Origin: the human T2T-CHM13v2.0 reference genome, Homo sapiens | Length of the DNA stretch: 64,000 nt | Assembly: GCF_009914755.1 (NCBI RefSeq) | Contig: NC_060935.1 | Reading direction: 5' to 3' (one strand) | Part shown: positions 37,185-64,000 of the stretch, one piece after another | How positions within the stretch are numbered: the first letter of the stretch is position 1 | Layout: every line of letters begins with the position of its first letter | Made by a program: the position numbers and the translations under genes | The notes under the pieces: generated by a model | Told to the model about the DNA's origin: nothing | Seen by the model: only the letters and a program-made list of their open reading frames with translations | Database searches by the model: none

Positions 37185-38150
37185 CCAAACAACCCATTTC
37201 TAATTCTCCAAGTCCCAAAAGAACTTTGTTCTGAGAGTCCAAAGTACAAGACCTTGGCCTAGTCACTTCCTGTCTCTGGGTTGCAGCTTCTTCAAGTGTA
37301 AAACAAGAGGCTTAGGTGCCTTTATCTTCATGCCCTTCTTTATCCTATAGATAGCGATTAAATAGTTGGCTTGTTGACAGAAAAACCCTCACTTAGCTCT
37401 CATCTGCATGGGGCTACCAGAGCTCATAAACCCAGGAGAAGCTGTCATAGGCAGGACCTCAGAGAAAGCCAGTTGGTCAGTCACCTGTGTCTCGCCCACT
37501 GCCCCCTTGGTCTGGCAGTTCTGCGTCCTGGGAACATTTCATTCTTGCTGCTAATGGAAGGCAAGAGGCTTTCCGAGATTGTGCTGGAGGGGAGAGCATG
37601 CCCACAATATATTTAGTTACTGTATTAATCTGCTCTAATATGTAGCACTATAGGACTGTTATTTTTGAGAGAGGGAATGTTCTCAGGTGAGGAAACTGCT
37701 TGGTGAAGGTCCAGAGTGGTGAAAGGACTCGCCTAAAAGCATAGGGTTGGTGCTGATAGCTGGAAGAGCCTCCTGATTCCGTGTCCAGACTCTTTCCACG
37801 ACACCACGGCAGCACTTGATCCAACTTTCCATTGGACTTCTTCCTGTGTCTGGCTCATTTCCCTGTGAGGCCATACGATCTGGGAAGGCAGGCTCAGCCT
37901 CCTTATCTGGACATCCCCCAGAGCCTGGAGGGGTGCTCAGAACCTGCCATCTCCCAGGCCCTCCTTTTCTCTCTCATCATGACCCTGTTTATATTTATGT
38001 AGCTCTCTTACTCATTCTAAAAAGCCTTCCCTGGATTGTTGACAAAGCCCTGGGCCAGGCACAGTCCCAATCCCAGCCAGATCTAAAACCTGCTCTGTGA
38101 CTTAAAACAAACTGATTCACTTCCCTGGGCCTTGTGTTCTCCATCTGTCA

Positions 38151-42832
<4,682 letters not shown>

Positions 42833-42879
42833 TAAACCCAAGTGGAAAGTCCACCTCTGAGGCTACTGTGAGGGCCTGA

Positions 42880-43330
42880 GATGACTCACTGGGGCTGGGG
42901 CTTGGTCTAGGATAATATGTATGGAATGGCAAAGGGAAGGAAGCAGATCTGAATGACATTTCCAAAGGAGAATTGATCCACCTTGGACTCAAGTGAGGTG
43001 TGGAGGATGACAGAGAGAGGAGTCACACGTAGCACCAAGGTTTTTACTCTGGGTAGTGACAGGGAAGTACGAAGGGGGTGATGGCTTGGGGAAGATGGTT
43101 CATGGTTAGTCACTGCATTAGGCATGGCAGTAGGATACCAAGTGGACATGACCAGTGAGGAGGTGAAGCGATTCGATTAGAACTTCAGAGAAAGAGAAGT
43201 CAGAGCCAAAGTTATGTTCCTGGGAAGCACCGCATGCCAGTGGTAGCTGCAGGCATTGGGTGAGGTTTCTGAGGGTGAGCTGGGAAGCGAACCAAGGACA
43301 GGACCCTGTAGGACACATCCGGAGCCATGA
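42880..43330 (-). mobile_element. L2 remnant
   Basis: Purine-rich L2-like words (GAGAGAGGAGTCA...CCAAGGTTTTT, GTGGACATG, GGACAGGACCCTG). Confidence 0.5.
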
Positions 43331-46221
43331 CTTAGGGCTGGAGAAGAAACTGCCCCACACTGCTTTCCCTCCCCACCATTCTCTGCCTCCTGGTCAGAGT
43401 TGCAAAGATCAACCCAAGCTGACACCCACCCACCCACTGCATCACTGCAGACAGAAATCTGTGCAGAGCCCACTGGAATCGAAACCCTCCAGGACTCTGC
43501 TTTTCTGTCCTGATATCAGAAAGGACACAAGTTCTTGTCTAATCAACAGACCCCAGCTTGTTGCTGCAATCGTGCACTTGAAAAGGGAGAGGCAGGAGGG
43601 ATGCCACAGAGAGAGATGTGGACAGAGGCAGGCAGGGACACCTTCGTGAAGAGCAGGAGAGAAACAGAAGCTGAGGGACAAAGGGGAGGGGAGCGCTGTG
43701 AGTACCTCAAAAGGCCGACTGACAGAGGAGGAGAAAAAGAGACTTAAGGAGGGGGCAGGAGAAAAGATTCGCTGGGAAGCTGATGAAGTGCAACTGAGAA
43801 AACTGTTGCCATGGTGATGGGTCCAGAGGAGGGAGTAGGAATATAAATCGGATTATGAGTTGGGGGAGTCTGTATGTGCCGAGGGTGTTCAAAACCCAGA
43901 TGCTGTCCCCCCAACACCAGGCCCTCCCCACGAGATCTTCCACTGCGAGAAGCCTTTCCCAGAGGTCCTCCCCAGGCCAGGCCAAGGAATGCAGTGAGCA
44001 GAGGCACTGGAGTGGCCCAGGGCTCAGCATTCCCTCCCCTCCTCCCCCAAAGGCCCCTCAGTGATACAAAAGAGCCCTGCACCCCCACACCAGGTGCCCC
44101 TAGCCTCTTGGAGAGTCCTCTGCACAGACCCTCTTCATCAGCATCCCGAGGAGGAGAGGAGGATGTTGTTTTAAGCACCTACTTGCTATGTGGCAAGCAG
44201 CGTGTTGGGCACTTCATTCCTTGTTCATTTGGTCCCCACCAGGGCTCTGTGGGGTGGTATTACCACCTCCATTCATAGACAGGAAGCGGGTCCAGGACAC
44301 AAGCTGGAAGGCCGCAGGCAGAGGGCATGTAATCCTGGCCCATCCGCTCCAAAGCCCATTCTTTTTCTCCTAGCCCTGGCCTGCCTCACATGGCCTGCTT
44401 CCCATCCCCTGCTGCCATCTCCTGCACCCTTAGGGCACAGTGGGCATCTCGGGAGCTGCTCAGCGGACAGACTAGGGTGAGGCTCTAACTCCATTCTTGG
44501 AGATGAAGGGAACTGGGGAGGCTTGAGGCAAATATGCCACAGCCAGCGAGACTCCAGGCTGGGGAGGAGGTGCAGGGCAGCGCTGAGCTCAGGGCTGGGG
44601 AAATGGGGAGGAAGGGCTGAGGTAGAGAGGCCCCGGGGGGTGGGGGGAAGCTCCAAGGCCCAGCCATTTCCGGCAGAGCAGAAACTCCCAGCATGGGCCA
44701 CGTGGGGAGCTGGGGAAGCTGCAAGTCTCGGAGTGGTGAGGGAGAGCGCTGGGGGTGGGCATTTCCCTGCAGGTCCCTGCAAGTGGAAGTGGCTGGAGGG
44801 AGGAAAGAGAGGGGAGCAGTTTCCCTCCTTCGTCTTCCCTCAGGTTTCTGTACAAGTAACAGTTTTGCAAAGGGCACCAGTATCTGATGTGCATATCAAA
44901 CAGGGCCTGGGGAGGCGGGAGAAGGCCAAGCTCAGGGCTGCGGCCTGGGCAGCTGTGCCAAGACCACCCCCCAACCCCAGGAGGATGGGATAGGATTCCA
45001 AAGCATTCCCACCCCTTCCCATCATACCTGGCTGTTCCTTCTGGTGACCATGAAACATCCCCCACTGTTCTCTCAGGGGACCAGCCTGAGCCACACCCCA
45101 ACTTGGAAGTCCCTGTTGGGGTGGGTGGGGGGTCAGAAATGCCTGGACTCCAAGAGGGGTTAAAGGTCACAATTCTGTTGGGTCCCTTGGCCACTGGGCT
45201 GGAGAGGCCAGGTCTCTGCCCCACGTCTCCAAAGGAGGATAGGGCTCCTTCCTCCGAAGGCCTGGAGGGAAGGGCGTCCCAGGATCGGCTTGCTTTGGTG
45301 CTTCATTCATACATTCTCCTCCACCCTCCACCCTCCACCAGCATCCCAGGGAGGCCCTCCTAACCCTATTTCCCTGTGCCCATCAGAGGTTCTTTCAGAC
45401 AACTAAGAAGGGGGCCCAGCAGGAGCCAAAAAGATCTAAGGAAGTGCATGGGGTGGCGGGGTCGGGGGGTTGGATCCTTCTCTTTCCTCCTCCTGCCCTC
45501 CCGAGGCCCTCTGGTCTCTTACCCTTTCACTGAGTCCTAGAACCTCCACACAGCCATTTAGTCCTTCAGCATCCTCTTGCCCAGCTTAGTCCCTCTGATT
45601 CGCATGCCCTCCAGTTTGAAGAGATTTCCAGTGACTCCTCCGACTTGCCAAATCCAAGGAGCACATTTCAGCACATCTCTTCGGTTCCCTGTGGTCCTGA
45701 TGCTGCTCGCTGTGCCTCCCACAAGCATCTTCCTTGGGCACCTGGGATACTGCTCCCTCCTGGCTATTCTTTTTCCTTTTAGGGAAGTTTCTCGGTTTCC
45801 TTTGCAGTCTCCTCTTTTCCTTTGCCCATAAATGTTGGGGCTCCCCAGGCTCTGTCCTTCACCTTGTCTTCTCACTCAGCATCCACTTGCTCCTCTCCAA
45901 GGCTTCAGCTGTTGCGCCTGTGCTGACCTTTCCTGTGCTCCAGACCACACATCCAGCCACCCTCAACATACCTCCATCCGGGTGTCCTTCAGGCACGTAA
46001 ATTGGCAAGTTCAAGACCCAAATATCTCCACCCAGCCCCTCGCCACAGCCTGTCCCTCCCACCCCCCACTGTGTTCTCTAGCCCCTGACGGTTCTGTCAT
46101 CCACCCTGCTGCCCAAACCAGGACCTGGGAGCATCCTCCTTAACTCTGCTCCCCAAACCGCACACAACTGTCCCTGTCAAACCATCACTAGACCCTGTCA
46201 ATTTTGCCCTCTGCCTAGAGC

Positions 46222-50610
<4,389 letters not shown>

Positions 50611-50845
50611 CTCATAATTTTCATTCCTCCTTCATCAGCTCCTCTTGCTGTATCTGTCCTTTAAATGCTTTATTTCCCAGAATTCTGTCCTTGGCTGCCT
50701 TCTCCCACTCTCCTTCCACTGCTCCCCTCAAGGACTCTCTTCCACAGGCATGATTTTAACCAGTGCCACCTCCCCTGTCTGCATCCCACACCTCTCCTCC
50801 ATGTTCCAGAATCCTATGCTCAATGTTGAGTTGCCCAAGATATTT

Positions 50846-52110
<1,265 letters not shown>

Positions 52111-52136
52111 TAAAATTACTCTGCAGTCAGTCACTG

Positions 52137-52422
52137 ATTCCAGTCAATCTTTCCCTAAAATCACTGCAGTCTGTCTGCTTCTCTCCACTCCCATGTTCAT
52201 TGCTTGGCCATGAACTTTTTCACCTGGATCATTTTGTTTCTCACTTAGTTTCCCTGCTTTATGTCTTACCTGCTGCCAATTCCAGTCAATCTTTCCCTAA
52301 AATCACTGCAGTCTGTCTGCTTCTCTCCACTCCCATGTTCATTGCTTGGCCATGAACTTTTTCACCTGGATCATTTTGTTTCTCACTTAGTTTCCCTGCT
52401 TTATGTCTTACCTGCTGCCAAT
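52137..52422. repeat. Perfect 142-bp tandem duplication (2 copies)
   Basis: 52137-52278 and 52279-52420 are identical by eye (ATTCCAGTCAATC...CCTGCTGCCA). Confidence 0.95.
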
Positions 52423-53129
52423 CCATTCTCCACACTGTTGCCAGAATGATCTTTACACATTTTAAACTCCTCTAAGGCTTGCTAAGAAACACGCTCCTTA
52501 GCGTGGGATACAAAGCCAGTGGCTGTAGCTCCCACCATGCCCATCTTTGAATACTTCTCTCCAGCCAAGATGTATTGTTTGCAGTTCCCAGAGGGTGTCA
52601 GCATAATTCACATCCCTAAGCTTTTTCATAGGCCGCTCCCTCTTTTTGGAATATGCCCTTCCACTTATCTCAACCAGGCTAACTCTGATTCATTCTTCAA
52701 AGCCCAGCAAGTTTTGAGAGCAGAAACTGTGTCTTGTCCTCTCTGTATCTCAGACCCTAATACAGTACCCACCATAGAGGAATTGCTCAACAAATGTGTG
52801 ATGAGTGAACAAATGACCGGGCAGTTCTTGTGTGCCTGGCACCCCTGTGGCATGCTTGGCACACAGGAAGAGCAGGTCCACAGCTCAGTCACTTTCCCCC
52901 TCGGACTACCTTTCCCTGTCCAAATAGCTCCCTCTGCATCAGTAACACAGCTGGAAAAACAAATTGTGAATCATATCCAACTTCATTCCCTGTGACCTTG
53001 GGAAAGTCATTTATTGTCTCTAGTCTTCTTCTGCAATGAAGGTTAATAAAAAGATAAAGTGAATTACTTACATTAATGTTTATTGAGCCAGATACTGTGC
53101 TAGGCACTCATAAATAAATTCGCTTGAGG

Positions 53130-53431
53130 GGCCGGGCACATTGGCTCATGCCTGTAATCCCAGTACTTTGGGAGGCTGAGGCAGGCAGATCACTTGAGGC
53201 CAGGAGTTCAAAACCAGCCTGGCCAACGTGGCAAAACCCTGTCTCTACTAAAAATACAAAAAACTAGCTGGGCGTGGTGGCATGTGCCTGTAATCCCAGA
53301 TACTCAAGAGGCTGAGGTGGGAGAATTCCTTGAACCTGGGAGGCAGAGGCTGCAGTGAGCCGAGTCATGCCAGTGCATTCCAGCCTGGGCGTCAGAGCAA
53401 AACTCCATCTCAAAAAAAAAAAAAAAAAAAA
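53130..53431 (+). mobile_element. Alu
   Basis: Full dimer with long A tail. Confidence 0.95.
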
Positions 53432-53473
53432 TTGCCTTAGGGAGAGTCACAATATCCAAACGAGACAGGTTTT

Positions 53474-57136
<3,663 letters not shown>

Positions 57137-58549
57137 TAAATGTGAGAACATTGAAGTCCACCTAAAGTTACATGGTATCTCATCAACAAGAGGACAGTAG
57201 CTGCCATCAGAGGCTGACATGGCCATGCAGCCAAGTAGACATGTTTTTCTAATTGACTGGGAGGCAGAGAGTGGCACTCTGGAAGGAGAACCCTGGGCAT
57301 GTCAGACGGACCTGGGTTCTGATCCCAGCTCTCCTGGTTGAAGAACTGCCATAGTTCAAGTGAAAAAAAAAAAAAAAAAAAAAGGTGCCACAGTCCAGAA
57401 AGAAGTTTGTTTTAGGAGATAGTCTTCTAGGCTGAGCAGACTAGAGCTGTTAAGAGCTCCCTGAGGGCAGAGACTTATCTTACCTTTATATCCCTGGTGG
57501 CTAGTGCAGTTCCAAGGACATAGTTGGTACGCAATAGGAGTGCTTGAATAGGAGATTTGGAAGAGAGGAGGCAGGGGAGGGAACTCAAGAGAGTTTAGAA
57601 TCAAGAATCCAAGGAGGAGACAGCCTAGAAAGAGTGGGTCCAAGACAGAGACTTCAGGCATGTGGCCCTGGTTCCCTTACTCCAAGCCATTGGGAAATCC
57701 TCCAGAGGAACATGGTGCTGTGGCTTTAACTGACTTCAGCATTGTCAATGAATCTGCTCTGCTAAAAGAGTTATCCTCTTGCTCCTGGGCTTGGCCTCCC
57801 CCTCCTCTCAGCTCCCCAAACCCTTCTCGGCTGCTGTGATGGGATAATTAGATGCGAGAGCTCAGCACAGATGATGCTCCAGTTGCTTAGCAACTAATGG
57901 TTTCCATGGAGACCGCAAAGCACAGCCTCCAGAGCAGCCAGTGAGCAGCTCGGCAGGGCAGGGAGAAGACGCAACTCCCCGCTCCTCCAGAAACCTGGGG
58001 AGGGCTGGGGTGGGGAAGGTGGGGGGGGGGATTGGAGGGAGAAGGGAGAGCTTAAAGGCACAGGGCCCTCTTATCCCTTTAAAATCTGATCAGAGATCTG
58101 CCCTCCCCTACTCCACTCTGTCCCACTCATAATTTTAGATGGGGATGGGGGCTTAAGAGTGGACCCAACTCAACCCACCCTGCAATAAACCCAACCTCTT
58201 CTTTCTGCTTCTTGGTTGTGAATGAGGAGAAAGACCTCCCAGTTCAAGTGTAAACAACTTACTGGTGGGTGACAGGTTTTGAGGAGTACCAGGAAGATCC
58301 CCTCACCCTGGCATTCCACCATTTAATCTGTCCCCTCTCTCCCAAGTTGTCCTTAATGTGCAAGAGACCCTCTTTCCATTTGTGCAGTGGTGGTGGAATC
58401 AAAAGCCAAGGTGCAGGAAAAACAGAACCAAATTCTTCACCCAAAAGCAGCCTGTTCGGGCAGATTGGGAAGGAACACCTGCCCTGATCCCTGATGTCCG
58501 TGGAAGAGGATCCAGCTGGGGGTGGGGATGCTGTTTACCAATACAGAGC

Positions 58550-59030
<481 letters not shown>

Positions 59031-59318
59031 GCGTAAGACCCTCCTACTCTCTGCTTAGGCCCATGAGTTCTTCCTTTACTGTCATTCTCCACTCACCCCA
59101 AACTTTGAGCCTACCCTTCCCACCTTGGCGGTAAGGACACAACCTCCCTCACATTCCTACCAGGACCCTAAGCTTCCCTGGGACTGAGGAAGATAGAATA
59201 GTTCGTGGAGCAAACAGATATACAGCAACAGTCTCTGTACAGCTCTCAGGCTTCTGGAAGTTCTACAGCCTCTCCCGACAAAGTATTCCACTTTCCACAA
59301 GTAACTCTATGTGTCTGA

Positions 59319-59777
<459 letters not shown>

Positions 59778-60539
59778 CAGTTCTACTACAAAAGGAAGCC
59801 AGTACCAGCTACCACCCAGGGTGGCTGTAGGGCTACAATGGAGCACACAGAACCCCTACCCAGGGCCCGGAAGAAGTCCTGACTCCTCTCCCCTCCCTCT
59901 GCTCAGAACTCCTCTGCTTCTTTCTGATGTAGCCCAGGGCTGGAGGAGGCAGTCAGGGAAGTTCTGTCTCTTTTTCATGTTATCTTACGAGGTCTCTTTT
60001 CTCCATTCTCAGTTCAACAAATGGTTGCTGCCCAAGGCTGACTGTGCCCACCCCCAACCCCTGCTGGCCAGGGTCAATGTCTGTCTCTCTGGTCTCTCCA
60101 GAAGTCTTCCATGGCCACCTTCGTCCCCACCCTCCAGAGGAATCTGAAACCGCATGTGCTCCCTGGCCCCCACAGCCCCTGCCTCTCCCAGAGCAGCAGT
60201 ACCTAAGCCTCAGTGCACTCCAAGAATTGAAACCCTCAGTCTGCTGCCCCTCCCCACCAGAATGTTTCTCTCCCATTCTTACCCACTCAAGGCCCTTTCA
60301 GTAGCCCCTTGGAGTATTCTCTTCCTACATATCAGGGCAACTTCCAAACTCATCACCCTTCTGAGGGGTGGGGGAAAGACCCCCACCACATCGGGGGAGC
60401 AGTCCTCCAAGGACTGGCCAGTCTCCAGATGCCCGTGCACACAGGAACACTGCCTTATGCACGGGAGTCCCAGAAGAAGGGGTGATTTCTTTCCCCACCT
60501 TAGTTACACCATCAAGACCCAGCCAGGGCATCCCCCCTC

Positions 60540-60743
60540 CTGGCCTGAGGGCCAGCTCCCCATCCTGAAAAACCTGTCTGCTCTCCCCACCCCTTTGAGG
60601 CTATAGGGCCCAAGGGGCAGGTTGGACTGGATTCCCCTCCAGCCCCTCCCACCCCCAGGACAAAATCAGCCACCCCAGGGGCAGGGCCTCACTTGCCTCA
60701 GGAACCCCAGCCTGCCAGCACCTATTCCACCTCCCAGCCCAGC
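60540..60743 (+). promoter_or_regulatory. UPK2: UPK2 proximal promoter / 5' UTR (CpG-poor, no canonical TATAAA)
   Basis: Directly upstream of the ATG; CACCC boxes at ~60587, 60648, 60671; GRHL-like AAACCTGTCT at 60570-60579. Confidence 0.7.
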
Positions 60744-62358
60744 ATGGCACCCCTGCTGCCCATCCGGACCTTGCCCTTGATCCTGATTCTGCTGGCTCTG
60801 CTGTCCCCAGGGGCTGCAGGTCTCTTCCATCTCTGGCAGGGGTGGGAAGGGGGCTGGGGGCCTGGACAGGGAGCACTGTACCTTCCAGGGCTCTCAAAGA
60901 GAGGTCTGGACAGTTGGGAGTCAGGGCTGGTGATGGCAGTGACTGGGTATCAGACACTGGGCTCAGGGTACACTCCTGATCCTCCTCCAGACCTAGGAGG
61001 CAGAGAGGTGTGGGCAAGGATCCGATGCTGCGGGGAGGGGTGAGGTTGGGCGCTGCCCGACTCCTGGCATCCAGGTTCTGGCTCTGGGGACCGCTTGGTG
61101 GAGGGTGCAGCTTCTGCAGCCCAAGCCTGCCACCTGGTGGTCATACTGGCACAGGCCTGGCTGTTCTGCCCAGGGTTCACAGAGTGGAAAGGGAGATGGC
61201 TCCAATGGGACCGGGCCAGATCTGTTGGCCAGGAGGGGTCAGTCCCCATCGGAGCTCCCTCCTGCCTCCCATCAGACTTCAACATCTCAAGCCTCTCTGG
61301 TCTGCTGTCCCCGGCGCTAACGGAGAGCCTGCTGGTTGCCTTGCCCCCCTGTCACCTCACAGGAGGCAATGCCACACTGATGGTCCGGAGAGCCAATGAC
61401 AGCAAAGGTCTGCTACCTTCTCCCAAGGCATCCCTCTAGTCCCCAAAGACCCCTTCCTGCGACACCCTCTGCACCCTTTTCCCCATTCATGCCTTCCTGT
61501 CCACCCGTCTCCTGGGGTACCCACACTCTAAAAGCTGCCCCTTCTCCTTGGGGCCTCCAGAAACTTGACCCAGTCTTCCCCTCCCGCCACTTCTGCCCAG
61601 TGGTGACGTCCAGCTTTGTGGTGCCTCCGTGCCGTGGGCGCAGGGAACTGGTGAGTGTGGTGGACAGTGGTGCTGGCTTCACAGTCACTCGGCTCAGTGC
61701 ATACCAGGTGACAAACCTCGTGCCAGGAACCAAATTCTAGTAGGTACTGGGTCCAGCCTGAGGCACCTAGGGAAGGGGGTGCAGGAAGAGAGAGAAGCTA
61801 GTGTGGGGGAGATCTGGTGGGCATGAGGAGAGGGTGAGGGCACAGCAAAAGGGGGTGAAAGCTGGGCCTCTTGGAGGAGTGCACATAGGGGAGACACAGC
61901 TGTGAGGGTAGGTGGCCCAGGCTGGAGCCCCTCTTCCTGTAAGTCCCAATACTCACTGAGGGTTCTCTACTCTCTCCCAAACCACAAAAGCATTTCCTAC
62001 CTAGTGAAGAAGGGGACAGCCACTGAGTCCAGCAGAGAGATCCCAATGTCCACACTCCCTCGTAAGTAACACTCCCGCCTCCCTTTCCCATCTCAGCGGC
62101 CACAAACGCTTCCCTGACCATTCCTGCCTCATCCCCAGTCTGGGTTGCCTGTGCCTCCCCGTGCGCCCTCGGGGCCCCTGCTTACCTCTATCCTAGCACG
62201 GAACCTTCGGCATGGCTACTGCACACTCAGCTAAAGGTTCCTCGTGGGCAGGGACTGTGTCCTCTTAACTTTTCCTCAGCGGCTGACATAGGAGATGCTT
62301 CATAAATGTCTATGTGATGGGTGTTTGGATCCATCAGCTGGTTGGTTGGTTGGTTGGT

Positions 62359-62389
<31 letters not shown>

Positions 62390-62626
62390 TTGGTTGGGCA
62401 GTCTGTTGGCTGGATGAGTGTGAGGCCGTGAGCCTCAGGCAGGCTGGGGGTCTCTCCCGCCCACAGTGGTCTCCCCTCTCTTTTGACAGGAAGGAACATG
62501 GAATCCATTGGGCTGGGTATGGCCCGCACAGGGGGCATGGTGGTCATCACGGTGCTGCTCTCTGTCGCCATGTTCCTGCTGGTGCTGGGCTTCATCATTG
62601 CCCTGGCACTGGGCTCCCGCAAGTAA
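60744..62626 (+). CDS. UPK2: Uroplakin-2 precursor, 184 aa; join(60744-60819, 61276-61407, 61601-61739, 61991-62061, 62490-62626)
   Basis: 76+132+139+71+137 = 555 nt with GT-AG junctions. Signal peptide MAPLLPIRTLPLILILLALLSPGAA, prosequence with N-glycosylation sequons (NIS, NAT, NDS), furin site RGRR (61633-61644), C-terminal TM helix ending LGSRK*. Confidence 0.98.
62338..62397. repeat. (TGGT)n(TGGC)n compound tetranucleotide repeat in UPK2 intron 4
   Basis: Read directly. Confidence 0.9.
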
Positions 62627-62926
62627 GGAGGTCTGCCCGGAGCAGCAGCTTCTCCAGGAAGCCCAGGGCACCATCCAGCTCCCCAGCCCACCTGCTCCCA
62701 GGCCCCAGGCCTGTGGCTCCCTTGGTGCCCTCGCCTCCTCCTCCTGCCCTCCTCTCCCCTAGAGCCCTCTCCTCCCTCTGTCCCTCTCCTTGCCCCCAGT
62801 GCCTCACCTTCCAACACTCCATTATTCCTCTCACCCCACTCCTGTCAGAGTTGACTTTCCTCCCATTTTACCACTTTAAACACCCCCATAACAATTCCCC
62901 CATCCTTCAGTGAACTAAGTCCCTAT

Positions 62927-62932
62927 AATAAA
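62927..62932 (+). terminator. UPK2: UPK2 AATAAA poly(A) signal
   Basis: Canonical hexamer 300 nt after the stop, with GT/T-rich sequence downstream. Confidence 0.85.
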
Positions 62933-63303
62933 GGCTGAGGCTGCATCTGCCACATGTGTTTCCCTTTAGTGGGCTCTACCTTGGCTCAAACCTGTGGAAT
63001 CTATGTCCAAGCTGCAGGTGCTCCTGGTCCCCTCCCTGCCCCACAGCCCAGAGTTACTTTTCCCATGAGGCAGGCAGGGGCCAGTAAGAGCCCAGCAGTC
63101 AGAGTTCTCAGAGACACACCGGGGCTGTGGGTTTGGCAGCATCCACAGTACACAGTGGGCCACTCAACTAGGGGTGCAGGTCAGGGCAGAAGCTGGGGCT
63201 GGTTCCCCATGTGGAGGCCTGGAGGCCTGGGGGTGGGGGTGGGGGGCAGGCAGAGCAAGGGAAGTGCTAGGGAAAAGAGGAGAGGATCTGTCTGGGAAAA
63301 GAC

Positions 63304-63617
63304 AGGCCAGGTGCAGTGGCTCATGCCTGTAATCCCACCACTTTGGGAGGCCAAGGCGGTCAGCTGGCTTGAGGTCAGGAGTTTGAGACCAGCCTGGCCA
63401 ACATGATGAAACCCCGTCTCTACTAAATATTAAAAAAAAAAAAATAGCCAGGTGTTCGGGCAGGTGCCTATAACCCCAGCTACATCCCAGCTCTCATCCC
63501 AGTGGCTGAGGCATGAGAATCGCTTGAACTCAGGAGGTGGAAGTTGCAGTGAGCCAAGATCACACCACTGCACTCCAGCCTGGGTGATGGAGTGAGACCC
63601 TGTCTCAAAAAAAAAAG
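63304..63617 (+). mobile_element. Alu
   Basis: Full dimer with a small internal CCCAG duplication. Confidence 0.93.
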
Positions 63618-64000
63618 ACAAAGACGAGGCCACCAGGCTGAGACCCAAGAATGGGGCATTGGGGTCAGGAGAGAGAAGAACAGGCTAAAAGTATTCTAGG
63701 AGGTGAGAACGAAAGCAGAAGAACCCTGGTTGGAGTGGGCCAAGAGTGGAACAGCCTAGTACTGAGGGAAAAAGGCAGGAGTGGCCACATTCCTTCACTT
63801 TTGTCCTCTGCAGTATATAACATATTCTTTTTAAGGATCAGTGATCTTTGCATTGTACTTAGGGTAAAGACCTTCAAGGCCAGGCCTGATCCCGTAACTG
63901 TTCCTCAGCTCTTACCAGATTCCCTCCAATTTCCCAGGCTCCCTCTTGCCTCAGGGCCTTTGCACAACTATTCCATACAGCCACACTGATATTGGCACCA

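Noticed and set aside
62314-62913. 199-aa + strand ORF overlapping UPK2 exon 5 with (LVGW/LAGW)n
   Set aside because: Produced by the intronic tetranucleotide repeat and an alternative frame; no independent support.

Overview
Human genomic DNA, recognisable as chr11q23.3 from the encoded proteins. The window starts in the 3' UTR of CXCR5 (+). That UTR overlaps tail-to-tail with BCL9L (-), a Wnt/beta-catenin co-activator. I reconstructed all 8 BCL9L coding exons from GT/AG sites; they total 4500 nt = 1499 aa + stop (ATG 14175, stop 2651). BCL9L also has two candidate upstream non-coding exons and two CpG-island promoters (~14.5-15.6 kb and ~29.4-30.4 kb), and MIR4492 lies antisense inside the proximal one. 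An Alu-saturated intergenic stretch follows (36-60 kb) with a 7SL retrocopy, a truncated L1PA, MLT/MER5A/L2/L3/MIR remnants and a perfect 142-bp tandem duplication. The window ends with the complete 5-exon UPK2 gene (+, 184 aa). I found no novel protein-coding gene, CRISPR array or other new gene system. The best leads are regulatory: (1) promoter-dependent uORF control of the BCL9L N-terminus, including a strong-context 89-codon uORF that overlaps the main ATG; (2) a fused bidirectional poly(A) signal in the CXCR5/BCL9L overlap; (3) a tandem double RFX X-box upstream of UPK2; (4) near-perfect nuclear-receptor DR1 elements, one in a repeat-free island; (5) an AP-1/ARE cluster. Repeat boundaries are approximate (read by eye). 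Gene and family names rest on recalled sequences, not a database search.
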